A stretch of 64,000 bases of DNA from Candidatus Bathyarchaeota archaeon. GTDB lineage: Archaea; Thermoproteota; Bathyarchaeia; Bathyarchaeales; Bathycorpusculaceae. Position numbers and translations under genes: made by a program. Location of the stretch: NCBI GenBank assembly GCA_963828195.1, contig CAWHDT010000007.1:1-64000 (forward strand). Reading direction: 5' to 3'. The notes under the pieces were generated by a model. It made no database searches, had not been told where the DNA came from, and worked only from the letters and a program-made list of their open reading frames with translations. Of this stretch, positions 39,153 through 48,618 are shown one piece after another (position 1 is the stretch's first letter; each line of letters opens with the position of its first letter).

Positions 39153-40313
39153 ATGCAGGTACCTCGGATGAGTAATGAAAAAATCGATTTCGACGTTTTA
39201 GAAAGCATCAAGAAGCATACAGAAACCTTAAAACCGCTACTGCCTAAGCAAGCATTGGTTTGCATTGGCGAATACCCCATTAAGATATTGTTAAAAAAAC
39301 CCTACGTAAACGACACTAACCTAATGTCGCCGATTCTCCTTGGGAAATCCAGCGAGGAGATGTTTAAATGGATTCCAAAAGGCTTTGACCCGCTTCTTGT
39401 TTTAGGATTCGAAGACGCAAAAATTGATACTCACTTTTGGTATAATGTATTGCCATTTATTTCTCAAGACGAAACGTTGATCGAAGGTATAAAGAAAAAA
39501 CCCATTGAAAAACTGCAGGGCGCAATAATGGTTGCGTCCGTTTGGGATGGAATCGGCAGCGCTTCACTGCCAGCGCTTATATCGAAATTTAAGGCTTCAA
39601 ACATAAATTCGCTGTCCTTAGCTATATTGCCGTCAAAAATACAGACTACAGACGCATACTTCAACGCTCTTGCATCGTTGGGGATGTGTGCGTCCAGTGA
39701 TGCAGCGGTTGTAGTGCTTTTGGAGAGAGACTTGCTTGAAAACTATGAAGGAGTCGATAGAAACGGCGTCCTCATAAAAGGTAGTGCGGTTGCCAATTAC
39801 CTGATAAACCTGTTCATAACTAAGGAAACACTTGTCCAAGAAATATCAGAGTTTTCCAGGACATTTAACGTCAAAATGTACTCTGTTTTAGTGGCGACAG
39901 GTGCAAGCATAAAAATTTACGGTTCCTTAGAAAACATGTTAAACACAATGTTGCTGAAGCCTTTTTTAACTTTTGATTTATCAAGCGCTTCACTGCTTTA
40001 CGTTCTTCTTCGCATGCCCAAAAGTCTCAAAGATAAGGTTCCGAGAGAAAAAATCGAGTTAGCAACAGCAAGCTGGTTTAAAGAAAAAGCTAACCTTAAA
40101 TCCATATACATAACTGAACCCGTCTACGTTGAAGACCCAAGCGACCGAATCGACATAATCTTATTCATCGGCGGCTTCGACACTGAAAAAATGGTCACTG
40201 AATTAAATAATAAGGTCAAAAACATGAAAAATCGAGCTGTACAAAAAGGATTCTTAAAAGAGGAAGATTGGCAAGCATTTATGAAAAATTTAGAAGAGCA
40301 GAAGGAGCAATAA
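39153..40313 (+). CDS. Degenerate FtsZ/tubulin-fold protein (putative pseudo-GTPase)
   Basis: ASVWDGIGSASLP in place of GGGTG(S/T)G; SLAILP, VVLLERDLL, PFLTFDLSSA, RIDIILFIGG align with FtsZ elements. Confidence 0.7.
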   Translation: MQVPRMSNEKIDFDVLESIKKHTETLKPLLPKQALVCIGEYPIKILLKKPYVNDTNLMSPILLGKSSEEMFKWIPKGFDPLLVLGFEDAKIDTHFWYNVLPFISQDETLIEGIKKKPIEKLQGAIMVASVWDGIGSASLPALISKFKASNINSLSLAILPSKIQTTDAYFNALASLGMCASSDAAVVVLLERDLLENYEGVDRNGVLIKGSAVANYLINLFITKETLVQEISEFSRTFNVKMYSVLVATGASIKIYGSLENMLNTMLLKPFLTFDLSSASLLYVLLRMPKSLKDKVPREKIELATASWFKEKANLKSIYITEPVYVEDPSDRIDIILFIGGFDTEKMVTELNNKVKNMKNRAVQKGFLKEEDWQAFMKNLEEQKEQ

Positions 40314-40327
40314 AATCCTTCTAAAGT

Positions 40328-42988
40328 TTACTTTTTGTTTTGGCTGCCGTTGACGCGTTCGTTGCCGTTATTTATTTCCTTGATGATCTGCGTTGCGTGG
40401 ACTCCGTGTTCAAGTAGGTATGATCTGGATAGGTGTCTTTCGAAATCACTAGATTTGTTGTAGAGCAACGCCATTTCGTCGAAGGCTTCCATGTCTTCGG
40501 GTTTTCCTCTGCCGCCAAGAACAAGCACTCTTGTTTCCCAGGGATCGCGTGATTCAATGACTCGCACTGTGATTGTTCTTGACACTTCGCTGGTTACGTA
40601 GCCTGCTAATGCAACATAAACTTCCTGAGACATTTCTTCAGTCCACAATTTTGGAGGTGATTGCACGGTTACCCAAAGGTAATCGGTTTTGTAAACTGGT
40701 TTATAGCCCATAACGCTTGGTGTTTTGAAGGTTCTGATTACGCTTTTCATGTAGTCTTTAAAGTGTTCCATGTCAAGTATGTCTTTGAATATGACATCTT
40801 TTGTGAGGCTTTCTTCTTGTTCAGTAAGTATTTTGAAGATTATTTTTAGTTGCTCGCTTTCGGTGAGGTCAGCTGACTTTACGTAGTATTTCTTAGGCGC
40901 AGCGATTTCTGCTATCTTTTCTTTGTATTCGCTGTGCAAATCCACAATCTTATTGAGACGTTTCCGATAGTCAGATACAAGTTCAAATCTTTTTGCTAAT
41001 TTCTCGTAGAGTTTAATTGTACTGTCAACTTTGGCGAGGCTGTCAAGCGCGTAAGATTCTTCTTCTTCTATCCTCTTCAGGTCGCGGTCAAGCTCCATTA
41101 GTTGTTCTCGGGCATAACGTTTTGAACTGAAGGTTTTTCTCATTTGCCGCTCCATTTTTGATTTGTCGAATTCTTTGCGTTTCTTTGTCTCTTGCACCCT
41201 CATGACTTCGTTGTCGAAGTTACCTCTTTTCTTCATACGGTTTGACATTATTTCGTTTATGTATGTTACGTGTTCATCGATCATTCTTGACTCGTCAGAT
41301 GGAGTTCTAAGAATCATCTGAATGACAAGGTAGATTGTTGCAAGCTCCGCTTGTATGTCTTTTAAGTCTTCTAGTTCAGCTTGCGATTCTGGAAGAGCTT
41401 CATAATATCTTATTAATGCTTCAGTGATGTACCTGGTTTCGTCATAGAATTTCAAGATGTTCAAGGATTTTTCTGCAAGCTCGGCAAGATTTACTAAATC
41501 CTCCAAAATCTTCTTTTGCCTCAAAGTGAAGACTTGCGAGCTGGGAATCAACTGCTTTAGCCGATCTAAAATAACTGCTTTTTTCTCAGAGAATTCTAAA
41601 TGCGTTTTTGTCAGGGTAGTGAGTAACGTTTCTAGATTGTCCAGTTTTCTTGAGCCTTCTTTACGTAAGGTCAAATTGATTATGGCGTCCTCGATTGGCC
41701 CTGTTTTGGACATCAACTTTATTGTGGAAAGGAACTTCATGATTTCGCTTAACCAGTTTTTAACCTGTAACTCAACGCCTTTGACATGTAATTCTCTGTC
41801 ATCTTCAAGCCGCGGATTACTGTTAATGATTGTCTTAAGTTTTTCATCGAACTGCTCTTCATTGTAAGTGCCTGTTTTTATAAGATAATTCTTGAACAGG
41901 TCGCGTGTTACTTCAGAATCCACTTTTATAATGTCGTTAACTTCGTCAAGAACATCGAGTTTTTCTTTTCTAAGTTCTTGGAGAAGTTCAAGTCCCTCAA
42001 AATTCAGTTTGTACGCTGATAGATATTCTTCCACTGGGTAAACTACCTTAACCATGCCTAAGGTGTGCGCTGAATTGTTGGTAAGTCCAACTTCTGTACC
42101 GATTCCGCCTAGGAGATCTGCCAAGTCAAAATCCATTAAGGTGTAGAGCATGTCCACAACCATATCGTCGAGTTCTTTTCGGGCACTAACGATGTTGCCT
42201 ACTTTTGAGAAAGCAGGTAAAAGCGGCAAGTAAATTAGTGCGTTTAAAGGATTTCTATAGTAGTCCCCGTAGTTTTGTATGACAAAGTCATTGTAATCCT
42301 TATTCAACAGCAAGGTAAGCTCGTTCATTGATACGAATGCGGAGCATCCTTTTGCAGGCGGATCATCCCCGCCGCATGGAGTCACAACGAAGGCTATGAT
42401 CGGTACCCCTGAACCTAAAACTTTTCGCAGGTGCCGGGCAAAATCAAAGAAAATGCCGCTTCCTGTCCCCCCGCCTAATCCGTAAACCACAACCACCGTC
42501 GGCGTAATTATTGAGGATAAAGCCTGCTCTTTGAACGAGTTTATGCAGCTTCTAACGATTCCAAGTTGATAATAGTTTAAGGCATAGATCGCTTTGGCTA
42601 AGGCTCTTCTTCTTCCAGCCCCGCCTGCCATTGGCGGAATAGCCATGGTTGATTGGAGCCATGGACTGAAGTTTTCAAGTTTTGCCCCTTCGCCTACGAG
42701 GTACTCATTGTATTTTTGGTTGATGAAATCAAACATTGCTTCAGCAGTTGGAAACTTTATCGACTGGGCAATCAGCCGCAATCTTTCGCTAGGGATGCCT
42801 GCTTTCACCATTTGCTTCTGTATTTGTTCATTGGTTTCTTGTAAGTCTCTGATTTCGGGGTCAGCTATGTCTATGGCTAAAAGGGAAAGCCTGGTAAGAT
42901 CGTTCCCCATGAGTTCCATGGTTTTTTTGCTTTTCAGGAAAGCTTCTACGATATTAGTTCCAGCTGAACCAAGTCCAATGAGTTGCAC
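40328..42988 (-). CDS. Tubulin/FtsZ-like GTPase with a long coiled-coil insertion (Tubulin_2/FtsZ-like type)
   Basis: IGLGSAG, GGAG, GLGGGTGSG signature, DFDLADL T7-like loop. Confidence 0.9.
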   Translation of the reverse strand: MQLIGLGSAGTNIVEAFLKSKKTMELMGNDLTRLSLLAIDIADPEIRDLQETNEQIQKQMVKAGIPSERLRLIAQSIKFPTAEAMFDFINQKYNEYLVGEGAKLENFSPWLQSTMAIPPMAGGAGRRRALAKAIYALNYYQLGIVRSCINSFKEQALSSIITPTVVVVYGLGGGTGSGIFFDFARHLRKVLGSGVPIIAFVVTPCGGDDPPAKGCSAFVSMNELTLLLNKDYNDFVIQNYGDYYRNPLNALIYLPLLPAFSKVGNIVSARKELDDMVVDMLYTLMDFDLADLLGGIGTEVGLTNNSAHTLGMVKVVYPVEEYLSAYKLNFEGLELLQELRKEKLDVLDEVNDIIKVDSEVTRDLFKNYLIKTGTYNEEQFDEKLKTIINSNPRLEDDRELHVKGVELQVKNWLSEIMKFLSTIKLMSKTGPIEDAIINLTLRKEGSRKLDNLETLLTTLTKTHLEFSEKKAVILDRLKQLIPSSQVFTLRQKKILEDLVNLAELAEKSLNILKFYDETRYITEALIRYYEALPESQAELEDLKDIQAELATIYLVIQMILRTPSDESRMIDEHVTYINEIMSNRMKKRGNFDNEVMRVQETKKRKEFDKSKMERQMRKTFSSKRYAREQLMELDRDLKRIEEEESYALDSLAKVDSTIKLYEKLAKRFELVSDYRKRLNKIVDLHSEYKEKIAEIAAPKKYYVKSADLTESEQLKIIFKILTEQEESLTKDVIFKDILDMEHFKDYMKSVIRTFKTPSVMGYKPVYKTDYLWVTVQSPPKLWTEEMSQEVYVALAGYVTSEVSRTITVRVIESRDPWETRVLVLGGRGKPEDMEAFDEMALLYNKSSDFERHLSRSYLLEHGVHATQIIKEINNGNERVNGSQNKK

Positions 42989-43015
42989 ACTGTTTTGGTA
43001 AATTCTCGTAGGTTG

Positions 43016-43987
43016 TCACATCCCAACTAATCTTTTCAATCTGTCCTTAACTGACTCAAGATTCGACGACATTGTCCTATCGATCTTTTTAGCCCGCATC
43101 GTTAAGCCTTCCAAGTCTTTGATTTGGTCTTCAACGACGAGTTGGAAGTAGCTTATTTTGCCGCGTATTCTCATGAACAGAAACGCGAAAACAACTGCGA
43201 CAGCCGCTAAGACACCTGCTACAGGCAGGAACAAGGCTTGAGTTGCTGAACTTGGTGGCGCATTAGAGGGATTCAAATTATTGAGCATAGCTGTGGCGTC
43301 GGCAACATCTCCCGCGTCAGCAACGGCCAAAGATTCGTTAAGAAAAGTCTTGTAGAGTTGAGTGTATCCTGAATTAACTCCTGAAGATACAAGATGGTTT
43401 AACTCCGAATTCTGTTGGCTGTACAACGTCAGAAAAGCAGCCATTTGCGAACCAACTGACCATACAGAGATTTGAGCAAGCGGCAGACCACCATTTGGAC
43501 CATACAAGGTGACCAAATCGACTGGCGTTTGTTGTAGACCAGAGGATGGCGTTGGAACGACACCGATAACTGTCATAGTAAATGTTCCCTGTGTCCAAGT
43601 GAACCGGGCTGGATTTGCACTTGCACTAAAGTCGCTGCCTAAATTGTAGCTGCTTTGATTTGTGAGTTGCCAGAATTGTCCTTGCAAAAGGGATTGCAAG
43701 CTAGTTGAGAGTGAAAGATCACCAGACCCGCCAGTGAAAACGTTGACTGTGAAAGTTACTTCAAGGCTTTCTCCTGGGGACGGCGAGGAAATATTCTCAA
43801 CAAGGTTTGTTGTAGAATCATAGCTTTCGAGAAGTTTTCCCGTGTTATAGTCATTGATTTGGTAGCTAGTTATCCAGCCACCGCTTGCTGGAGCGGCTTG
43901 CGCTTTGACTGTTGAAACCGCTATTGAAGAAATAATAATTGTTGTTAATAATAGAACAAGGCTTAGGGCTAATATTTTCTTATTCAA
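43016..43987 (-). CDS. Secreted protein with C-terminal TM and short cytoplasmic coiled coil
   Basis: Signal peptide ending VKAQA, beta domain, TM, charged helical tail. Confidence 0.85.
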   Translation of the reverse strand: MNKKILALSLVLLLTTIIISSIAVSTVKAQAAPASGGWITSYQINDYNTGKLLESYDSTTNLVENISSPSPGESLEVTFTVNVFTGGSGDLSLSTSLQSLLQGQFWQLTNQSSYNLGSDFSASANPARFTWTQGTFTMTVIGVVPTPSSGLQQTPVDLVTLYGPNGGLPLAQISVWSVGSQMAAFLTLYSQQNSELNHLVSSGVNSGYTQLYKTFLNESLAVADAGDVADATAMLNNLNPSNAPPSSATQALFLPVAGVLAAVAVVFAFLFMRIRGKISYFQLVVEDQIKDLEGLTMRAKKIDRTMSSNLESVKDRLKRLVGM

Positions 43988-44190
43988 GTTTATGCACCAA
44001 GATTTGTTTTGCAATGGTTTCTAGTGCATGATGCATATAACACTTGCGCTAAACCGCCTAAACTGAGGATACCATAGCTAAACGGGTCATTTAGCTGCTG
44101 ACTGGTTGTTGCTTAAGCTGAAAATCGGTCGCTTCTATGGCAAAGAATAAAGATTAACCTGGCATTACGGTTGGTGTAAGAGGGTTAATT

Positions 44191-45120
44191 GTGGAGATTG
44201 TAAATGTTCGCTTACCCGACAAAGTTATTTCAGACATCGATAAACTTGCAGAAAAGCACAGTCTCAGTCGATCTGAGGTCATGCGGCAAGCACTAACCGT
44301 TTATCTGCATCTAGTAGAGAACGTTGGCACAATGCTGCGTCCCATAGTTTTCCAAGTGAAACCTGCCCAAATAAATTATACGCGAAGAGGCGACGTTTCA
44401 ATCCTTAAAGTCCCCACAGGACACGCAATCGTTGCGGGTTCAACGTCATCAGGAGCGGTGGGTCCAAAAACTATGGATAAAGTCAAAGTTGATGGACGCG
44501 TGCTGGGAAAGTTTTTGGCAAGGGTTGCCCTAATGGATGTGATAGCGACAGGCGCGTTTCCTCTTCTCTTATCAGTCACCTTAGGGGTAGAGAAAGAGCC
44601 AACAGGCAACGAGATATTAGAGGGCATTCGACGGGAAGCAAGAAGCATTGGACTAGACCCAAACCAGGTGCTTATGGAAAACACAGAGGACAATTTTGAA
44701 ACAGTGCAAACGGGCGCTGGCTTAACGGTGATTGGCTTTGCAAATGAGGAAGAGTTAAGGCTTGGAAAAACGATGCCGGGCGACTTAATAGTTGCCGTCG
44801 GCAAGCCTAAAGTTGGTGACGAAGTGATTTTGGCTGAAGCAAAAGGGGAAATCGCCGACCTCAAAAACGTAACTCAACTTTCCCAGAAAAAATATGTTCA
44901 TGACGTCGCGGCTGTTGGCACATTCGGAATTGCAGATGAAGCAAGAATGATGGCGTATGCCGTGGGTAGGCAGCTGAAGCTCGCTGAAGTGAAAGAGTTG
45001 GATTTAAACAAGTCTGCTGGTCCAGCCACGGTATTTCTTGTAACTGTGCCTAAAGAAAACCTTGAGGATTTAACCGCATTAATCAGTAAACCAGTAAATG
45101 TTGTGGGAGAAATATTGTAG
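44191..45120 (+). CDS. RHH (CopG-like) domain fused to an AIR-synthase-like (alpha-ribazole kinase-like) domain
   Basis: VNVRLP...SRSEVMRQAL; GAVGPK..D, RVALMDV.ATGA, KSAGPAT. Confidence 0.8.
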   Translation: MEIVNVRLPDKVISDIDKLAEKHSLSRSEVMRQALTVYLHLVENVGTMLRPIVFQVKPAQINYTRRGDVSILKVPTGHAIVAGSTSSGAVGPKTMDKVKVDGRVLGKFLARVALMDVIATGAFPLLLSVTLGVEKEPTGNEILEGIRREARSIGLDPNQVLMENTEDNFETVQTGAGLTVIGFANEEELRLGKTMPGDLIVAVGKPKVGDEVILAEAKGEIADLKNVTQLSQKKYVHDVAAVGTFGIADEARMMAYAVGRQLKLAEVKELDLNKSAGPATVFLVTVPKENLEDLTALISKPVNVVGEIL

Positions 45121-45131
45121 AAAACAAGAAA

Positions 45132-45617
45132 TCACTCTTTTTGTTTGCTCCCGAGGACGTGACCATTTCGGTCGATTTCTCCGCTTCTTATCCGTGTGGT
45201 GGAGATTGGGTTGCAGTTTTCGGCTGGAATCATACTTATCGCAACAATTTTTAGCTCTGGAAGCCCAGCTTCAACTCGGATTTTGTTGATTTTACTAGTT
45301 ATCGATTCCGTTTCTTCACTAACGATCAGAGCGTCTAAGCCCTTGCCAGACAGGGTGAGTCCGTAAGGATCCTTCAGCGGAACAATTTCTGCTCTTTCAG
45401 CTAAGCCGTTTTTCTTCAAGAAATTCGTTAATTCCTTGAGCCTTTCATCGTAAGATGCTGTTTTATGTGGTTTACCCATTTTGGAGACGAATTCGTCCGA
45501 GGATAAGCCGATTACAACCTTTTCACCGATTTCAAAAGCCTTCGTCAGTAGGGCTTTGTGTCCCTTATGAAGCTGGTCAAATGTTCCGCCGACGGCTACT
45601 TTCTCATACTTCTTCAT
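45132..45617 (-). CDS. coaD: Archaeal phosphopantetheine adenylyltransferase
   Basis: GGTFDQLHKGH, VSEET, ISTTRIR. Confidence 0.92.
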   Translation of the reverse strand: MKKYEKVAVGGTFDQLHKGHKALLTKAFEIGEKVVIGLSSDEFVSKMGKPHKTASYDERLKELTNFLKKNGLAERAEIVPLKDPYGLTLSGKGLDALIVSEETESITSKINKIRVEAGLPELKIVAISMIPAENCNPISTTRIRSGEIDRNGHVLGSKQKE

Positions 45618-46551
45618 GACCTACCAGTCTAACTCCTTGAAAATCAATTTTGCTCACAATCACTTTTCCAGAGGGTAAAACTTGCTTAAAAGCTTCTGCC
45701 ACCTCTTCGACGTTTTCTTTAAGCACCAATGCATGCACCGCCTCGCCCAGCATGTTTTGCGCCGCACCAACCGCGCCAGCCTTCCTCGCCGATTTAACCA
45801 GTTGCCGAACATTCTGCGTTGCAAAGCCTGTCTTTTGAGAAAAGTTCCAGCAGCATTCTAGAAAATTCTCCAAGGTAGGGTCGGCAAGAATTGCCTCCAT
45901 GGTTTTCCTGCCGTAGCGGTTAATCACCTGTTTTTTTTCGGGGTCAGTTAATACGATTTTAGGCGTGTTTGATTCAAAAAAGCCAGCCACAACCATATGG
46001 TCAGGTGTTATGGGTATGCGGTCGATTTGGCAGATACCTGGCGCTCCTGGCTCCACAACCAGTACGCAGCCGCCTGTGAATGTTAATGAGCTAACAGTGC
46101 CCAAGCCAGTTTGACACTTGATCTCGGCGATGTGGGCGATTTTACCTATTTGGTTATAGGTCAGGGGTAATCCCAACGCTGCTTTAAGCGCTAAACCCGC
46201 CGTCAAGGCTCCCCCAGCGCTTGTGCCAAACCCTGCTCCAATCGGCACTTCAATGTGGTGCTCAACCGTAACATCGTATTTCGCGGCTCTTTCGCCTAGG
46301 AGCAGTTCGATTACTTTCCTTGTTGTTTTTGCTTCTGAGGCGGGTTTGGAGTTGATGAAAATGTTGATGCTGTTTTTTTCTGCTTCTCGGGTCGTTACTT
46401 GGGTCAGGACGCCTTTTTGAAGACCAAATCCCCCGCCTCTCGCGCCGACTCTTTCCAATTCAGCAATCGGCTTACTGCCTTCGGTGTCGTGGATTTCAAA
46501 GAAGCTGGAAATTGCCGCCGGAGCAAAAGCTTTTGCGGTTTTTAGAGGCAA
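45604..46551 (-). CDS. Pantoate kinase (GHMP family)
   Basis: AFAPAAISSFF, PIGAGFGTSAG, AHIAE...TGLG. Confidence 0.88.
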   Translation of the reverse strand: MPLKTAKAFAPAAISSFFEIHDTEGSKPIAELERVGARGGGFGLQKGVLTQVTTREAEKNSINIFINSKPASEAKTTRKVIELLLGERAAKYDVTVEHHIEVPIGAGFGTSAGGALTAGLALKAALGLPLTYNQIGKIAHIAEIKCQTGLGTVSSLTFTGGCVLVVEPGAPGICQIDRIPITPDHMVVAGFFESNTPKIVLTDPEKKQVINRYGRKTMEAILADPTLENFLECCWNFSQKTGFATQNVRQLVKSARKAGAVGAAQNMLGEAVHALVLKENVEEVAEAFKQVLPSGKVIVSKIDFQGVRLVGHEEV

Positions 46552-46560
46552 TTACTTCGC

Positions 46561-47325
46561 CTATTCTATTGTTTCGTGGCGGCGTCTAATAAATGGAAAT
46601 GCGGCTTGACATGCTTTTACAACTGGAGGTGAGACAAGAAGCACAAAGGGTACTTCAGTTACGAAAGTCCAAACGAAAACAAGCGACGCCAAAGATGCTG
46701 ATAATGGTGCTGTAAAGTATGCGTGTGGTGCAAAGAACAGCTGGCTATATGCCCAAACTCCAAAGGCTATTATCATAGCGCCGGCAGCCATTCCGATAAT
46801 TGAACCTACCCCAAAACTTCTGAATTCTTTCCAATATTTTGCGATACCTACAAATAGAATTAAGGACACCGCCATAAGAGAACTGAAAAGGATAACTGTG
46901 GTTTCGGTTGATAATCCAGTATAACCCTTAGATAAACTTGAAAGAAATACTGTCGGTAACAAAAGGCCTGCGAGGATGATCGCGGTACCGATGACTAAGC
47001 TGATCAAAGTTTTCGTTCTATCAAGCTTTTTGTGTGCAAAATAGCCAATTAAAAAAAACGCCACAAAATTTGCAGGAACCCCAACGGTAAAACTCAGCAG
47101 GGGTTGTCCAATAACTGCAATATCGCGGATGAATATTCCAATTGCAGCTCCAATGCCTCCTTCCCAAGGACCAAACAAAACGGCGAAAATAGCTGGAACA
47201 AACGCCGCAGGCCAAAAAGCAACTCCTCCAAAACTCACACCGAAACTTGTTAGGTAACCAATAACTGCGTACAGGGCAGCGCTTAGAGCAATAATTGCCA
47301 CATCAAAAGCACTAAATTTTCGCAT
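46561..47325 (-). CDS. ECF transporter S-component-like membrane protein
   Basis: AALYA...FWPA..VP.IFAVLFGPW.GGIGAAIG; upstream of CoA genes. Confidence 0.75.
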   Translation of the reverse strand: MRKFSAFDVAIIALSAALYAVIGYLTSFGVSFGGVAFWPAAFVPAIFAVLFGPWEGGIGAAIGIFIRDIAVIGQPLLSFTVGVPANFVAFFLIGYFAHKKLDRTKTLISLVIGTAIILAGLLLPTVFLSSLSKGYTGLSTETTVILFSSLMAVSLILFVGIAKYWKEFRSFGVGSIIGMAAGAMIIAFGVWAYSQLFFAPHAYFTAPLSASLASLVFVWTFVTEVPFVLLVSPPVVKACQAAFPFIRRRHETIE

Positions 47326-47532
47326 TCCAGTTTTACTCCATTTTTCAGGTTATAACCCTGTTGAAACAAGGGCTTTGTAGATAAAACTTCCCTATGAACT
47401 GTTTAAACATGTTTAAACTTAGTCAGGCTTTACTAAATATTAAGGATGAAAAATCAAAATAAAAACATTAATTTCCTCGGCAGATAGGCATCTCGGAATT
47501 CAAGATTAGCCTAATCGGGATGAACAAGCAGG

Positions 47533-47877
47533 TTATTTTTTGTGTCTTTTTATTCTTTCTTGCCGCTGCGTTTTCTTGCGCCAATCTTTCTTTCGCTGGG
47601 TCTGCATGGAAAACCGTTCTTGGCGGGGCACGTCTAGTTTTCTGTAGTGTGAAATGTTTAGGTAGAATGTTTCGTAGTCTATTTTGTTCTCTTTTAAGTC
47701 TTCAAGGTTCTGGTTCAGATCCTTTTTCGCCTGCGCGTCAGTTACCACATCAAACGTGTCTGAGTAAACCATGTAGGCAGCATGAAACTGGAAGTGGGAG
47801 GGATCATCGACTAAAAGTTTCTCTATTTGGGGTGCTGATTGGTTATGGTTGTTTTGCTCGTTTGGTTCTTGGGTCAT
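47533..47877 (-). CDS. Hypothetical protein with a basic C-terminus
   Basis: 114-aa ATG ORF with protein-like composition. Confidence 0.7.
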   Translation of the reverse strand: MTQEPNEQNNHNQSAPQIEKLLVDDPSHFQFHAAYMVYSDTFDVVTDAQAKKDLNQNLEDLKENKIDYETFYLNISHYRKLDVPRQERFSMQTQRKKDWRKKTQRQERIKRHKK

Positions 47878-48142
47878 GTTTATCCAGCTTTTGAATAAAG
47901 CAATGTTGTTTTTCCCTCTTTTATAGGTGTGCCCGTAAAAACTAGTTTAGTTAAGGGTTGGTACGTTCCTTTGCGTTTCTGCCCAATGGAAATAGAGCAC
48001 ACAAACGAGTAGCCGACCATTTTATTCGATGATTCTTCCAGCTAAATTAAAGAGCGGAGAGAAAGAAATTTTTGTCCAGTGAAAAAAAGTTTTTGAAATG
48101 AAAAGGATAAGAAAGATTAATCAAAAAATTAAGTTACCGCTT

Positions 48143-48547
48143 TTAGAGGCGCTGCCTTATTTTTTCGGCATCCTTATCAAGCAACTCTACAGTTCGGAAG
48201 CCATGTTCATGCCCAAGCTGACCTAGGGGCTTCATGGGAATAATATGGACGTGCAGGTGAAAAACGACTTGTCCAGCGTCTTTTCCGTTGTTCTGAACTA
48301 TTCGGATGCCTTCAACTCCTGTTGCGTCTTTAATAGCAGGTGCAATCTTCTTGGCGATTTTAAACAGGCAAGCTGCTTCTTCGTCGGGAATCTCATAAAT
48401 GTTCTCGTAGTGCTTTTTGGGCGCCACAAGTGTGTGCCCGGCATTAACAGGATGATTACTCAAAAAAGCAACGACCTGCGCATCCGCGTAAACTATGCTT
48501 GCAGGCGCTTCCCTGCGGATTATCTGGCAAAATATGCATTCAGACAT
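48143..48547 (-). CDS. HIT family hydrolase
   Basis: CIFC, GQVVFHLHVHIIP. Confidence 0.95.
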   Translation of the reverse strand: MSECIFCQIIRREAPASIVYADAQVVAFLSNHPVNAGHTLVAPKKHYENIYEIPDEEAACLFKIAKKIAPAIKDATGVEGIRIVQNNGKDAGQVVFHLHVHIIPMKPLGQLGHEHGFRTVELLDKDAEKIRQRL

Positions 48548-48618
48548 CGAATTTCAACCTTTAAGCGGTTTAAAGATGGGATTAGCTTTAATAGAATTCT
48601 GTGACTCAATAATACTTT

